A stretch of DNA of 64,000 bases from Auanema rhodensis (lineage: Eukaryota; Animalia; Nematoda), in contig OZ059897.1 in the NCBI GenBank assembly GCA_964057225.1, forward strand, positions 14,880,001 to 14,944,000. Reading direction: 5' to 3'. Below, one piece after another: positions 1-15,000 of the stretch. Position numbers and translations under genes: made by a program. A model generated the notes under the pieces. The model did no database searches and was not told where the DNA came from. It saw nothing but the letters and a program-made list of their open reading frames with translations. Position 1 is the first letter of the stretch, and each line of letters starts with the position of its first letter.

Positions 1-862
1 CAAAGTTGGCCCGATTTTGAGCATGTCAATATTCTGGGAATTGATTCGTTGCGTATTTTGAATGTTACTTGACTATGAATTGGAGTGCGAACTCCTTCTC
101 GCTTATCCAAGTGTAGGCACTCTGTTTCGATAAATCGTTTTCATTATGAGTCTCTCTTTATCGCTTGTTTCCATCGTTTCTTGGATATCCAGATTTGTTA
201 GTGGTGGTAGATCTTTTGTGAATTTCATTTATTTTTTATCTTCAGAGATAATACCACTTTCTTTCTAAAATCGACATCCTTAGACATCCATGAATTTTCT
301 GAAAAGTGTTAAAATGATACATTTTTTGCGCATTTAAACATGAAAATAGAAAATTAAAAATGAAATCGACATCTCAACAGAAAATTGGTTGAAAATGTAT
401 AAAAATTACTGAAAATAAGCACTTTTTAGCTTCAAAAATGTTGTGATTTCACACTTTTTTCAAAAAAGCGTTGTAAATGAGGTGATTCTCTGTCATCAGA
501 GAACAAAAATGTGTTAAAATGACTGAAATGTCAAAAACGGTATTATTATCCTTCATTCCTATACTACTTGCATCACACAATATAAAGTACTATATTAACA
601 GAGATCAAACTATTAGAAATTTTATTCTAAACTATCTCCAAATTGCAAAGTGAAATCAAATTAGTTTCTTTATGAAATCGTTAATTCAGAAAAGATGAAA
701 TTTTGCTCAATATGATATCGTAAACCTCGAAGTATTATCTGGAATGTTCGTTTTCTTTGCTGATTGCTTGGTTTTTGGCCGATGCTGCGGTTTCTTCTAC
801 TCCTAATGAACATGGATAAAGAATCGTCCACCAGGATGTAACGCCAACACACCACATGGTCC

Positions 863-870
863 TTATCAGT
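863..870 (-). promoter_or_regulatory. GATA (ELT-2-type) site ACTGATAA upstream of the lysozyme gene
   Basis: TTATCAGT on + equals ACTGATAA on -, about 65 bp upstream of the lysozyme ATG, with TATA-like TATTTAA near 882. Fits intestinal expression but is a short motif. Confidence 0.45.
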
Positions 871-934
871 TGCTGGGGCAATATTTAAGGATGGAGACTT
901 TGAGGAGAAGCCAGTGTATCACTCTACTCACAGA

Positions 935-1746
935 ATGTACAAGCTCGCTATCTTCGCTGCTCTCCTCGGTAAGTGAAAACCCCAATGCAGATACGATCTT
1001 AGAAAAAATCTACTGCAACTTGCTTAGATCCAGCAATTTTTACTAGAAAATATAGAATTGGCTCTTGAAACTGAACATTATGATTTTCAGCTGTCACCAG
1101 CGCCATCGTCATCAGCACTGATGTCACCATGCCATCCAGCACTTGCACCCATTGCATCTGCCTCCAGGAATCTGGATGCAAGCCAATTGGATGTGAAATG
1201 GACGTCGGATCCCTCTCCTGCGGATACTACCAAATCAAGCTCCCATACTACGAGGACTGCGGACAAGTAGGAAGAAGAAACGGAGAAGACATCCAAGCCG
1301 CCTGGAAGAGATGTGCCAACGACCTCAACTGCGCCACCACCTGTGTCCAGGTAACCATTAATTTTGGCTTATTTTTTTCATTAGCATGTGAAATACGAAG
1401 GTGTCTTGGGTTGAACAAAACCTTTTCCCACAATTTTCCTTCCGATTTCCCATGAATGTATCTGACTGTTTGGCAAACTTTTCAAAAGCACTAATTTCAT
1501 TTTAAATTGACCAATGCCAAAGATCTCACACCGAACAATTCAAAACAATTTCTATTATGTTTCATGAATATAATTATATTTCTTCAGAACTACTACAAGC
1601 GTTATGCTTCTCAATGCAACGGAATGGGACAAAGCGCCTGCCAAGTTATGGCCCGTAACCACAACGGAGGACCAAGAGGATGCCACAACGGAGGAACCGT
1701 CGGATACTGGAACCACGTCAGCTCTTGCTGCAAGGGACAATGCTAA
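935..1746 (+). CDS. ilys: Invertebrate-type (i-type, destabilase family) lysozyme, 3 exons
   Basis: Exons approx. 935-968, 1091-1350 and 1589-1746 with GT-AG introns. Signal peptide MYKLAIFAALL; family motifs CICLQESGC, DVGSLSCGYYQIK, YYEDCG, ARNHNGGPRGC, GYW. Muramidase Glu and Asp are present. Confidence 0.95.
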
Positions 1747-4020
1747 TTCCTCACACATATCGATAGTTCTGAGAAATAGTTCTATTTTTTTTAATAAAAG
1801 TATAATTATTAATCAGATGAACTAAAAATATTATCTAATAAATAATGTATATAACACATATGTTTTTTTTTTTAAATTTGTTTATAGAAAAAAGTGAAAT
1901 GAAAACATTTCTAGAAGTAATATGAAACACAATCAAATTTGAATCAAAAAGAAAGATCAAGAATAATTCAATTGAATTGATTGTATTACAATCATATAAA
2001 TACATTAAATTACATTTTTTTTATAAAATATAATGATAAATTCAAAGAATTAAACATATAACATAACATTGAATAAGCAGAAAAGATAAGAATATAAAAA
2101 TTATTTAAATGATTGACTGTCTGCTGTTTCTTTTTCCGGTTCATTAAAAAAATTCTTTTGCTTTAACAATTATAATGTTATATATAAATATATATATATA
2201 TATATCTTAATTGCTACATTTTTGTATTATTTAGGAAGGAAGGAAAGGAAGAAATGGCCTTGTGCAGAAAAAAAAAATAAAATGTGTATTATTCTTTACA
2301 CCATTGCACATGAATATATAATATATAGATGACGTATTATTCTTTGAAAAAAAAATTAATTATTATAATTGAATAATCTTAATAATGAAAATAGTTTTCA
2401 TTCTTTAAAATTATCTTTTGCATACCTCAAATTGTATGCGTTTTCTCTTCATAACTTTGAAAAATTTGATAATCAGCAGTATTACATGAATGTACTGGTC
2501 ATGATATTATAGAAAAATGCTATTGTATTTTCTTTTTTTTCTTATTTTAACTTAATAATTATTATAAAATGAATCATATATATCAAAATACATGAAATAT
2601 ATATTCAAAATAATAAATTTCTGTATACTTTTTCACATTCGCAAGGTTCAAGAGTTCAAGTTTTTATGAAAGCTCAAGTCTTCGAAACATCTTTTATTTT
2701 ATAAATAATGTAAAATATTGTTATTTACTATATGGATCATCATAATATTATGTGATTATGATGATTATAATTGCTTATTTGCTTATTTGCTATTGCTATA
2801 TTTTTTAAATATATTTGTTCTATTAAATGTAAATTTTTGGGATTTTTTCTCGAAACGGTAATACCATTCGGTATTTAATCAAATTGTTCTTATCATTTTA
2901 AAATGTATTTTTTTTTCAGAGAAAATGATTATATGTCTATAAAATGGAAAAAATAAAGAAATTCAAGCATAAAGAACAATTTTGTCGTCTGATCTTATCA
3001 TTTACGGTGCAATTTGAATCTTTTGCATGTGACAACTTCCGGTGTTTTGCAAATTAATATTCTTCACAAAACTGCAAAAAATCTTTTTATTATTCAAACT
3101 TTATTATTAGTTCAAAAATTAAATGAAATTATATTGTATTTTAAAATTTGATAAGTACAATTTACAAACAAAATTTTAAATGTTACATGAGACTATTCAG
3201 TTTAGTCCTATCTCATCAATGTTCTTTCTAGTTATCTTATCATTTATATTGGCTTCAATATGATATCCATATCAAATCACATGAACAATTCATTACGTAT
3301 TAAAACATAGATTAAACGAAACATTTTTTTTCATTTATGAACCTCTAATAAAATATTTTGAACTATTATAATACATAAGTCTGATGAAAATGTATAATTT
3401 TATAAATTTTTTATGTATAAAATGGATAATTGAATTTAATAAATTAATTATTATAATATTATCAGAATAAATTTAAACTTAATTATATTTTTTATATTTT
3501 ATAATATAAAAAAATATAAATATAAATATAAATATAAGAATAAATATTATAAAAATTAATAAAAAAAGAAAAGATTCTTTGGGTTTCAAATTGTTTTTAT
3601 TAATGTCTATTGTTGATTATATTGACTTTCATATGAATAATCAAGACTGATTTGTGCAAATCATTTGGTTTTAAACATCATAAAAGCGAAAGTTCTAGAC
3701 TGATTAGTTCACATGATCTGTTTACTATCAGAAATATTGAAAATACTACATTATATCTTTGATCGTCTCAAACGTTTATTTTTTTTTGTTATCGGCTTTG
3801 TGTTGTTGAATTGCTCGACTATATGCTGAACAAGAAACATATCTTGAATATTTTATTATAAATTTATTAATAATAATATTATTTATAAGTACATATTATA
3901 TATATATAAATAAATATATGTTAGAATAATAACAATATACATATATGTATACATATGTATATAAATAAATATTTAATTGATCTTTACTTCTTTAATAATA
4001 ATAATAATAATAATACAGTT

Positions 4021-5420
4021 TTAAGTTGTAGTTACGATACGAGTTCGAGGTACAGCATTAAGAGATGAGCCTTTTGAATTTGTTTCTTGAGATTTATTCT
4101 TTTTTGAACCACAACATATACTAGGAAAAGTATTATTTACTGCTTCTCGAATATTTCTTGAGAAAAGATAAAGAAATAATGGTAATAATAAAGTCATAGC
4201 ATCCATAAAATAAGGTTCACTATACATTAATATTTTACTTAAAAGTGATGTACGATTTTCATGATCACCGAATATAGTGCCTATAACCTAAATACAATTT
4301 ATTATTTTCTATATATAGATATATATATATTATATAAAACATTATGATGTAAATTTCAAAAAAAAAAATTAATTACATACAGAATGTAGACAATATAAAG
4401 CTTGTACTGTAAAATATGCAATAGTCATTAAGCATAAACTAAGTTCAGATTTTTTGACATCTGCCAACTTATGCTGAAATTTAAAAATTTAAAAAATTAA
4501 AAATATAATAATTATTATTACTTTAGTTAATATAATAATTGTTGATATATTAAAGATTAAACTTAAAATTGTTACAATAACATTGAAAGTTCCAATACGT
4601 TTAAACATAAATACTTGATACTGTAATAGAATTAAAATTTATTTTTCTTTTTAAATTTCAAAAAAAAAATAAAAGAAAACTTACACCTGTTGATCTTAAT
4701 TGAAAAGCATTTATATTATCTACTTCTAAATAGAATGATTCACCAAATAAAAGTGTATAATCAACAATTAATGGAATAAATGGAAATATGATGGCAATTG
4801 GTAAAAATATTTTATCCCAAATCTATATTATAATTTATAAATATTTAAAATTATAAATACATACCTTTTCAAATGAAAATGGAAATAACATCATAGTTAA
4901 ACGATTAAATGATATTAATAAAACAATTAAATATTGAAGTATACCCATATGTACATATAGAAATGTTATAGCTTCTAATCCCCAAAAATGAGATAATTGG
5001 AATAATGAACTTAATAAGCAATTTTTTGGACATGTAACTATTGGTAGTCGAAAAGCAATAAATTGTATAAAAAAAAATATAAAATTCTGTAATATTAAAG
5101 AAATAAATTATATTTTTTAATTTATTTTATATATTTTAAAATAATAATTAAAGATAACTACTTATTTAAATCTTGAGTTATCATTTAAGAAATCAACTTT
5201 GTTTATATTTAAAAGAAAATCTAATATACTATATAAATTAAAATATTTTAAATAAAATAGAAATAATTACATATATAGTTGAATAAATATAAATTTTAAA
5301 GAAAGATGAACTAAATTCCTTCCAATTACGAAATATTATATAAACAATATATACAGATCCAATCATCATGAATATACCATAAGTTGTTGGAATTACAAAA
5401 TTTATATTTGTTAAAGCCAT
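4021..5420 (-). CDS. Serpentine chemoreceptor (7TM GPCR), Srg-superfamily-like, multi-exon
   Basis: Spliced translation gives hydrophobic helices with FSSSFFKIY, FRLP, LISFNRLT and PYFMDAMTLLLPLFLYLFSRNIR, typical of nematode srg/srv-type receptors. Confidence 0.8.
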
Positions 5421-8400
5421 TTTCTAAATATTTATTTAAATTATAAAAAATTAATATTGAAATTATTCTCATATATTTACATTAACTTTAAAAGTATAAA
5501 AAATAGGAATAGTTGCAACACAAAAATAAAAGAAAGAAAATGAAAAAACATCTTTCTTCTTCAACATTCTTTACAAAAGATAATAAAAACTCAAATTTTA
5601 ACTCGAAACTTAATTTATGGTTCTGAATAGAAAAACAACATCATAGATAACATTGAGATTGAAAGATGTCTGGAACAGTTAAAGAAACTGAAGACAAATT
5701 GGATATCATTTCAACATATTAATTAATCTTTTCTGAATAAAAATAATTTTATTATAACAAGGTTGAAATACTTGGCGAAGTTTCGAGAAATTAAATACAA
5801 TTAATACACATGCATGCACATAAAGTAAAAATTATTGAAAGAAGAAAATAAAATACAAACAGTTTTCCATTTCCTTTTCTTAGTGAAAAACATGTTCAAG
5901 AAAAACATTAAAATGTACAAACTCTATATACATATTGAAAATCCAAAAGAAAAAAAAATACAATCTTATATCTTATATACTGAGAAATAAATGTAAAAAA
6001 ATTGTCTTTTTGACGAAAGAATATATATATATACATATAAACAAATATACAATATGTAGTATGATACTGTATTAGGTTACGTCATTAGTATATATGTACT
6101 GTAGATATTATTGAATTAAAATGATATATTTTGTATAATTAAAGAAGAAATAGAAGAAGAAAGAGAATCTATCAATTTCATACAAAAATTGATGGAAAAA
6201 CAAGCTACATACCTGTATTTAAACTAAGACGATATTTGAAAAAAAAAGTTTATTCACATACACATTAATCTTTCTTTCTTTCTTCACCCATACTTTCCTT
6301 CGTATGCTGTTTGAAAACTTTCCATTTTTGTTTAAAACTTATATTTTTAAATAAATATTATTTCAATCAATATATTTGTAAGTAAATAAATAAACTAGAA
6401 ACATCGTTTATTTGAGATTTATCTAGTTATAAAATAATTTTTTTTAATAGTTAATGGCGCCTAGTTAACATAGTTTACTAGTACCAATACAGGAATTAAA
6501 TCATCAATTTAAATGTATAAATCATCTTTATTTCTCTATTTTTTCACATAATTTCCTATTTTTTACTAAAAAAAGTTTGAAAAAAATATTATTTTATAAA
6601 TATGAATTAATTAATTTTTATTTTAAACTTGAATAAGATTTGTTTTTAAATTACATTTTCATTTTACAGAAAATACAACATCATGTATTCTTCATAATGA
6701 AACATTTTTTTTGTATTATATCAACTCATATTAGTACACAACGCTTGAATACATTTTTTTGTGAACATCGGAATTTCAACAGATTGATCAATTTGAAGTA
6801 AATATTTTGAACTCAAAAAGCCTGAACTAGCTGAGTTTTATGGAATCTATATGAACCTTGTGAAAAATAAAAATGTTGAGCTCAAATTGATCAATTAAAC
6901 ATAACTGATCATTTTTCCTAAATTTTTCACAAATACTTTGTTATTAAAGCTATTAAAACAGATATAATATATCCCAAAATCAATTGTGGGTGTCTCGTTT
7001 CGATGAAAAATCGTTTATTGTCACTTTCAAGAGAAACCATAACTAGTTTTTATACAATATATGTTTCTTTTATTTCAAATAAAACTACATTTGAGATTTT
7101 ATATTTAATATAATAAACTATAAATTATAATATTAAAATATAATAAATATTTTAAAAAAATGCTTTTGAATTACGATATATGTGTATACTGAAATAGATA
7201 TTAGTAATACTCTTCAATATATGTAATAATTTTAATAATTTTCAATATAATAGTCTGTGAATCATAATATATATTGTAGTTTATAGTATAATTCTATATC
7301 AAATATGTTTTAATAAACTAGTTGATCATCTTGATATATAGATTATTTTGTCAAATTAATATAGTATATTTCACCTATATTTGTATAGTATATCTATAAA
7401 TTCTTTTAATCCACTAGTTTAGAACTTGAGTAATCTTATAAATAGTTCATTCAAAAAAAAAATAATAACTAATTGATACAATTTTAGAGATATAATATCA
7501 ATTGCTCATCCGATCTCTAGAATACATACATCTGAATCATAGATTATACATTCATATTCGGATATATATATATATACATATGTATATACATGTATATATA
7601 AAATAATAAAAAAAAGGAAATATTCATTAAGATTATTTGATGGAACAATATATAAATGAATACATTTTCAATTTATTCATTATTTATCAATTTATATGAT
7701 CTTTCAAATGTCAATTTTTTTTTTATAATATCTTATAACCTTACATTTCTAATTTTTTTTATTTTAATTGATTCATATTATTAACATTTTTTCTTTTGCC
7801 GTCATTTATGGTATTGTCAATATTGTTTTATAAATTTCTGTATCACATGCTTTTCCAATAAATTTAAAAAATTATTATTGTATATACTAATACTTTGTTC
7901 TATATAAATATTATTTTGGTAATAAAATGAAACCTGTTAGCAATAATTTGACACCAAAAAACATTTAATTCTTTATGTTTTAGTTCAAAAAAGTGGAGAA
8001 AACTATCTATTATTATACACTTTTATGTTGTTTTTAAAATATATAAACTAATATCTTTTTTTTTCTTAGCCATCTAGTTAGTATTTTACACATCTCGATC
8101 ACATATCTAGTCACTATAGTTTTTTTGTTATAATTAATCCGAGTTTTCCTGTTCATTACATGTTGCTTTAAAATGAAAATATTTGTGTGGCTCATCACAT
8201 TAGTTATATATAGTATATATATATTGGTTATATATTAAATATCTATAACTAATATATAAATAAGTTTATTGATTTCAATTTTATTTTTATTTAAAATATA
8301 CTGACATTATAAAACCTAACTTAATAGCTAAATACATAAGTAGTTCAATTAACAAGATAGCAGTTTAAAATTTAAAATAAATTTCTTGTTATTAAGTATA

Positions 8401-8453
8401 ATTATATAAAATATTCATTTTTTTATTAAATTTATAAATTTACAGATGTTGTT

Positions 8454-10308
8454 ATGATTTCTTCTTTTCTTTTTTTCATTCTTTACGGAATTCTTTGTAA
8501 TTCCGTATATGCTGCGCTAAAGGCAGAGATACTTCCAAATACTTTAGAAACATTTCGTGTTGGACAAATTCGGTCAGTTCAAATATATTATTTAATTAAA
8601 TATTATTTCTTATTATAGAGAATTATCAATAATTATATATGAACGTGTTGAAACAAATCATTCATCATTGATTGATGAAAGTCCAGAAGTTATTTGTAGA
8701 GATAATTCTGTATGCGAAGTAACATCATTGGAAAGTGTGTATACAGAATATGAAAATAAGACAATGATCCATATCTATAATATAACAATCGAAGCTATTT
8801 TTCTTGGAATTACTCAATTAGATATTACATTTGATAATCTAACGTAAATTATTAATATACTTTTCTTAATTAAAATACATAACTTAAGAATTTCTACTGA
8901 TCCATATATCATAAGAGTTATGCGAGCAACTTTTTATGTACATATCTCTACAATATTCACAGCTGTTATAGCAACGTTTATCACTATTGTCACATTCATG
9001 ATGGGTACTCAGTTAGAATGGTCAAGAATAAGGTAAAATTCATTAATAATAATATATTCAATAAATAAGAATAATGTTATGTATATACATCATTTAGAGA
9101 TGTAATCCGTAGACCTATTGGTCCTATTATTGGATTTGTCTGTCAATTCATACTAATGCCATTGGTATTACCTATTCATTTTAGAATTGAATATAAAATA
9201 TATATTTCAGTTCAGCTTCTTCATAGCAGAATATGCGTTTAATGATGACGAAATTGTACTTAAACTAGCATTATTCGCAGCTTCAACCTGTCCAGGAGGA
9301 GGAAAAAGTTCCTTCTGGACGATAATCTTCGGGGGAAATTTGGATCTTTCGGTTGCTATGACATTTACACAAACAATTGCAGCAATTTGTAAGTAAAATA
9401 ACAAACAAATGGCACCAATTAAATGAAAAATATTCAAGTTATGATGCCTTTATGGTTATATACGTTAGGAAGACGTTTCACATCTAAACGAATAGATATT
9501 CCATTTTTTGCCATTATTCAAGGTCTTATATTTCTTATGATACCTTCTGGAGCAGGAATGTACTTTATTCATCGAAAACCACATCTTGTGAAACGAATAG
9601 AAGGACAAATAAAGGTAATTCAAAATCTAAAATAAAAATAACACAACCGTTCTCTTCATAAATTTATGTAAAAATGAATTATTTCTAGAAATGTACATGG
9701 TTCGCTACCATTTTTTTTACAGCATTTGGAGTTTGGGCCAATTGGTACGAAATTTAAATAAATATTTATATTTTTTACTTGTTTAGGTACGTATTTTTAT
9801 TAGTATCATGGAAAACTATAATTGTGGGATGTCTTATGCCATGGGCTGGTTATCTTATAGCTTATACTACAGCATGGATGTGTGGGCAATCGCCTCAAAA
9901 TAAAATAACTATCGCTATTGAGACCGGCGTTCAAAATATAGGTATTAGGTGAAATTTTCACCGAATATCCCATACAACTACTAGGTATTGCCACAATATT
10001 GATGATATGGTCACTACCAGAGCCGGAAGTTGACATGTCTCTAACAATGTTTTTTGTAATTATGCTATCAACTGATAAACCACTAATTATTTTATGGCTT
10101 ATTCGGAAATGTCATCAGAAATTTAAAGTTGAAAAAGATCCTTCAGTTATTGGAAAATATACAGTTAATGCGGAAAACGTGGTAGGTACTGAATTATGTA
10201 ATGTTTTGACAAAAATTTTAATAGGAAGTAGCAGATGCACGTGCGCAGGTGAATAAAGCATATGAATCCATGGATGAAAGAAGCCAACAAAAAGAAGCCG
10301 CACACTAG
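8454..10308 (+). CDS. SLC10-family sodium/bile-acid symporter (P3/SLC10A3-A5-like, with signal peptide and N-terminal luminal domain)
   Basis: Multi-exon. Motifs RPIGPIIGFVCQFILMP, STCPGGGKSSFW, GGNLDLSVAMT, MMPLWLYTLG, TIAIETGVQNI. Last exon ends AYESMDERSQQKEAAH-stop at 10308. Confidence 0.88.
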
Positions 10309-10531
10309 GACAAAAATGATGTTAAAAATATTATTTTTATTTTGTATTTCAATACATAATAGAAACGTTTAGAAACAGTGAATTTTTTAATGAACGTTTC
10401 AGAGATATGCTTAACTAACCAAAAAGAGAAAAGTATATGAGATAATTATATTAGAGACTGAATCAAACCAGTGAGATCAGTACATTACAACGACAATGTT
10501 AATAAGCTAGCTTAATTCTTCAGAATCTACA

Positions 10532-11374
10532 CTATTCAGCCATGCTAGTGCCAGTTACAGGAACTGACGAGGAGGAACCCCTAATGGGCAGATAAAGCTT
10601 GAACTCAGCTGGTAATTCATCTTCATTGTATAGCCGATCCGCGAAATATACTCTTCTAAGTCGGCAATTGGCATGAATCTAAAAAAAATGACAATATATA
10701 TTGAAGTGTAAATGTGACACTTACTTGAACGCGCAAAGTTTCCGCATAGTTGGTTCCGTATGCTCTTTTTGTGAAATCAGCCAGGTTGAATTGAATTTGA
10801 TTCCAACCTTAACACGAAAAAGTGAAAACATATCAAGAATACAACAATTTTTACCTTCATCCAAACGAAGTGGCATTGTGCAGATGAACGGCTTTACTCT
10901 TGTGCTCGACTGATAGTTGGAAGCTCTGAACCTTCGTTTGACACCCTTGTCATCAAGAACCTAGAAATGGAAAAAGATAAATTATCAGCTTGAATGTGGT
11001 TAAAAGAACCTGAACTTCAAAAGTGAAGTATTTCTTCATGTTTTTCACAATCATGACAAAATATGGTAATTTAATACCCAATGTTGCTTTGGGGTCCAGG
11101 GGACAGGAAACAAAACAAGTACTATAATAACGAAAATAAAATAAAAATATATTGAGAAACAATTACCTGACATTAGCTCCAATAATTTCTAAAACAAACG
11201 ACTGAATTTCTTCGTCCGTTATTCTTTTTATATGTCCATTTTTAACCTTAAACATTGAAATTACTTATAGATTAAAGGAGTAAAAAATACCTGTTTATCC
11301 CACAGTTGTAATGGTTTACTGCCAATACTATAAAGAATGGAAAGCAAGCCACTTTGAAACGTATTGTGAAACAT
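10532..11374 (-). CDS. CFAP20: Cilia- and flagella-associated protein 20 (CFAP20/BUG22)
   Basis: Starts [28 protein letters not shown]; internal [62 protein letters not shown]. Highly conserved CFAP20 sequence. Confidence 0.96.
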
Positions 11375-11441
11375 TTTTTCTTTCTAGAACCTAACCGACG
11401 TTAAAGAGGCTGATAAGCTTTTAAGGCGTGTGAACACTGCG

Positions 11442-11455
11442 GTGTCCATGGCAAC
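11442..11455 (-). promoter_or_regulatory. X-box (RFX/DAF-19 binding site) of the ciliary gene CFAP20
   Basis: GTTGCCATGGACAC on the - strand matches the RFX palindrome and lies about 70 bp upstream of the CFAP20 ATG, the usual position in nematode ciliary genes. Confidence 0.8.
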
Positions 11456-12019
11456 ACGATATGTAAAAGACCCAGGAAAGGAAATCAAGCATAACTAACA
11501 CAAATCAATAAACAAAGATATGTATTATAATGTTTTAAATATACGGTTCAACTGATTTACTCGGTATGAGAAAAACTTCGTGATTCATAGGTAATGAAAC
11601 TGAAATTCAAATTTGAAGTATTGAAATCCCTTCAAAAAAACTGAAACCAACAAAGTCAAAGCAGAGAAGAATACTTTCAAATTATTGTGATTGCTTACAA
11701 TAGAATATAAATCAAAATATGAGACTTTCAAAATTGATTTTTGTTGTATTTTATATCATGTTTTGAAGAATTTTAAAGTCAAATGAAACACCAAGTTTCA
11801 GACCATTGAATTTATTTCAAAAAATCCGTAACATTACGTGGTGGTGAAATTTATCACTAATCCTGATTCTCTCTTTTTTTGTACTCTTCATTTAGGATTC
11901 AAGCATAACAAATAAGAATTAACATTTCTGTTATATTTCGATGTTTCAATGTGGATTGTTTCTTTTTTCAGGGAACTGTTTGTGTCTTTGGGTTATATAT
12001 TACAAGTAAAGTTGGCCAA

Positions 12020-15000
12020 ATGAGTGGCCATACCGGTCAAGTGCCAAGCGCTAGTAATGCGCCTAGCACAAATGCTTCTCCAGGTAGTTCTAGTCGGGTA
12101 ACATCGCAATATTCTGAATTCAGAACCAAGTCCTAATATCGAATTTGGGGGACCCCGATCGTCGTCTTCCATCAACAACATCAACAGTATGACGACAAAT
12201 GCTTCACCTCGCAAAACCGGCTCCTCCTTCATATCAAATCTCAGCATTAAAAAAATATTTGGGAATTCTTCAGCACAGCGAGAAAAGGTATAACTGATTA
12301 TATCTTTGGGAATTTAAAATAAATTATAATAGGAAAATGCTCGTAAACTTGCTGCTCTTATATCTACTGATGGTTCAATCCGTCAAGGTACTTGGGATGG
12401 ACTATCCCAAGGGTCTGAGAAAAGGATTGAGACACTAAATCAACTACATGAGGTAAATTTTCTGTTTCTTTAAAATCGATTGCTTTGCTTATACATCTGT
12501 TATGTGGCGGTATGCTGTGCACTCTTGATTATGCATGTTCTTATCTTTTACCTACATTACTGCCCCTGCTTGATGTGCCAGCTTTTTTAACTTTTTGCAC
12601 ATTTTTGGTGGTGGAAGCAGTATCTCCGGGTGTGATGCTACCAATAACCTTAGAAATCCCTACTCGAGCACCGCCTTCTTTCCTGAGTCGCCTTCTGTCG
12701 GATTTTTTTCACTTTGGTTCGGTAGTAAGTGGATTCCTTTGTTGGTTTTGTCTGATTTGCATGCCGTTTGCACTTATTATCTGTTGTATAAGTTATACAT
12801 GAGATTTTTTTCAACAGGTGATAAAAAATAGAAGTCTTCAAGTGTCTACATTGGAAGGCTTGTATCATGATACTAAAGATATGCTAAATGACCCTGATAC
12901 TAAAGATCCTGTTTTACGACTGATCATTGAACTAACCGAAACTCAGAGAAAGCAGCTTGGATTAGCATTACGTCATACTTTTTTTGAAGTAAGTGTCTGT
13001 TTTTTTCTCATAATTAAAGAATTGTTTTACTCAGACAATAAAAACTATCGGTGTTGAAGAGCTGACAGTTCAATGGCTTAATGCTTTGAGTAATAAAGGT
13101 GAAGATGTAAACGGTTTTGAAAAGGTTTTATATTGCCTTTAATTTAAAGATATTAATACTTATTAGGATATGGATTATTTAATTGCGGAATGGGTTGAGA
13201 AAACATTAACCGAATATGACCATCCCCAAGCAAAGAATGTCTTGCAAATAGCTCAGCAATTTATCAGGTAATTCGTTATTGTAAATTATATCTATATTTA
13301 CAAGTTCAGACATAATTCTGCTTTCATTTGTCTTGATAGCATTGATACTTTACTGAAATATATATGTGAAAGAGGTTGTAAAAGAAATGATCCTTTAGCC
13401 GAAGAATGTCTTAAAAGCATTGACTGTATTATGCTTTTCAGGTTTCTCATCTTTGTTTTGTTTTAATTTGAACTCTTTGAAATTTTTTAGTGAATTACCA
13501 AGTGATAAACTATACAATGTTGTAACGGTGCTTTGTATCCAAGTCTGTTATGATACTTTCCGAAAAGAGGCATGGTGTTTAACTAGAAAACTACTTAATT
13601 CTCACTTAGGTCATAGGTTGAGTTTCCTTATGTAGTAATTTTTATTTTCATTTTTTGTTCAGAGCTCGAAACCATCTGCAAAATATTTTAGAAGATAGTG
13701 TTACTCTTAAGTGTCGTACGAATTCTGATTTTATAAAAGTAGTTCGAGGAGCAGTCTTCTGTTTAACAGATGCAATTTGGGGAACACACGTAACAATTCT
13801 TCACAAATTTTATGCTTTTCTCTTTAATTTCAGAAAATAGATATGTTCGTATGGAGTCCTGCTGCAGCTATTCCTTTCTTTGAGAAAGCCATGTCGGCTG
13901 ATGTGAACGTCTGCATAGGTTAGTTAACTTTCTTCTTTTCTTTTTGAAACGAAAAAAAAATGATTTCAGATGTACTTACTGCTCTTCGTCGCCTAATTCA
14001 AAGAAATGGACGTGATTTACAACAAATGACTTGGGCTGCGTTAATCCGCCTATTTGAATCTCTTCTCTCTTTATGCGATGAAGTAGGTTATTCTCTTCCT
14101 GAGTCGTCTTATTGTTTCCTTTCAGCGACCTGAGTATAAAGAAAAATGTAAAGCTGTATATGATCTTTTATTGCTTACAGAGCAACTGTACAAGTCTGTT
14201 TTTATTGAGTTGCTTATGAACTTCCCGAATCTGCTTTCAGAGAGGGACATTTCAATGCTAGTCCTGATCTTCTTTTTGACTTGATAGAACGTTGTGCTGA
14301 TCATCGTCCTAATAGTTCTGTTATTGCCTTGATTGAATATCGGGCTGGCGTAAGTTCATTTTAACAAATAATATGTATCTGCTTGTATATTCAGAGCATC
14401 TCCCCTGCTACTCCTAATTGGATTGAAAACCTTATCAAGTTTGTTAAAACTTATTCACATGTAAATCAAGCGTACGAAAGAAGAAGTAAAGTCTTGGATG
14501 CTATGCATTCTATATATACTAGATTCAAATTGCTATATGAACCTGAGATAGTCACTCAGGTTATTCTTCCCTTGAGTGAAAATATTCATATGGAAAAAGA
14601 TCCTCGAACTCAGGTCTGTCTTCATATTTTGTAGCTTAGAATTTCCAAAGTATTTTAGTACCAAATGATTAATATTTTATTGGACGTTGCTAAAACTGTC
14701 TCGGTCCGGGACGACTGTAAACTATTTGAATCCGTGTTTAGTCTTATTAGAAAACTTTTCAACAATACAATTATGAAATGTAAGCTTTTTGTTTCTTATT
14801 CCTAGGCTTACTTTTATTTCAGCTAGTACCCCTGCGGATGAACTGGATTTTATGGAACGTTTCCAGACTGAATCAGATGTAACAGGAAACGGTAAATAAT
14901 TTTTCAACGTTTTAATTATGTTAATAATTGTCTTAATAGGAATAACCATTGATAATTTATTAGTTTTATCAAAGGAGATAGATGGAGTACTTGCGGAAAG

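Noticed and set aside
5776-5790. Heat-shock element GAAgtTTCgaGAA upstream of the chemoreceptor gene
   Set aside because: A single short motif with no independent support.
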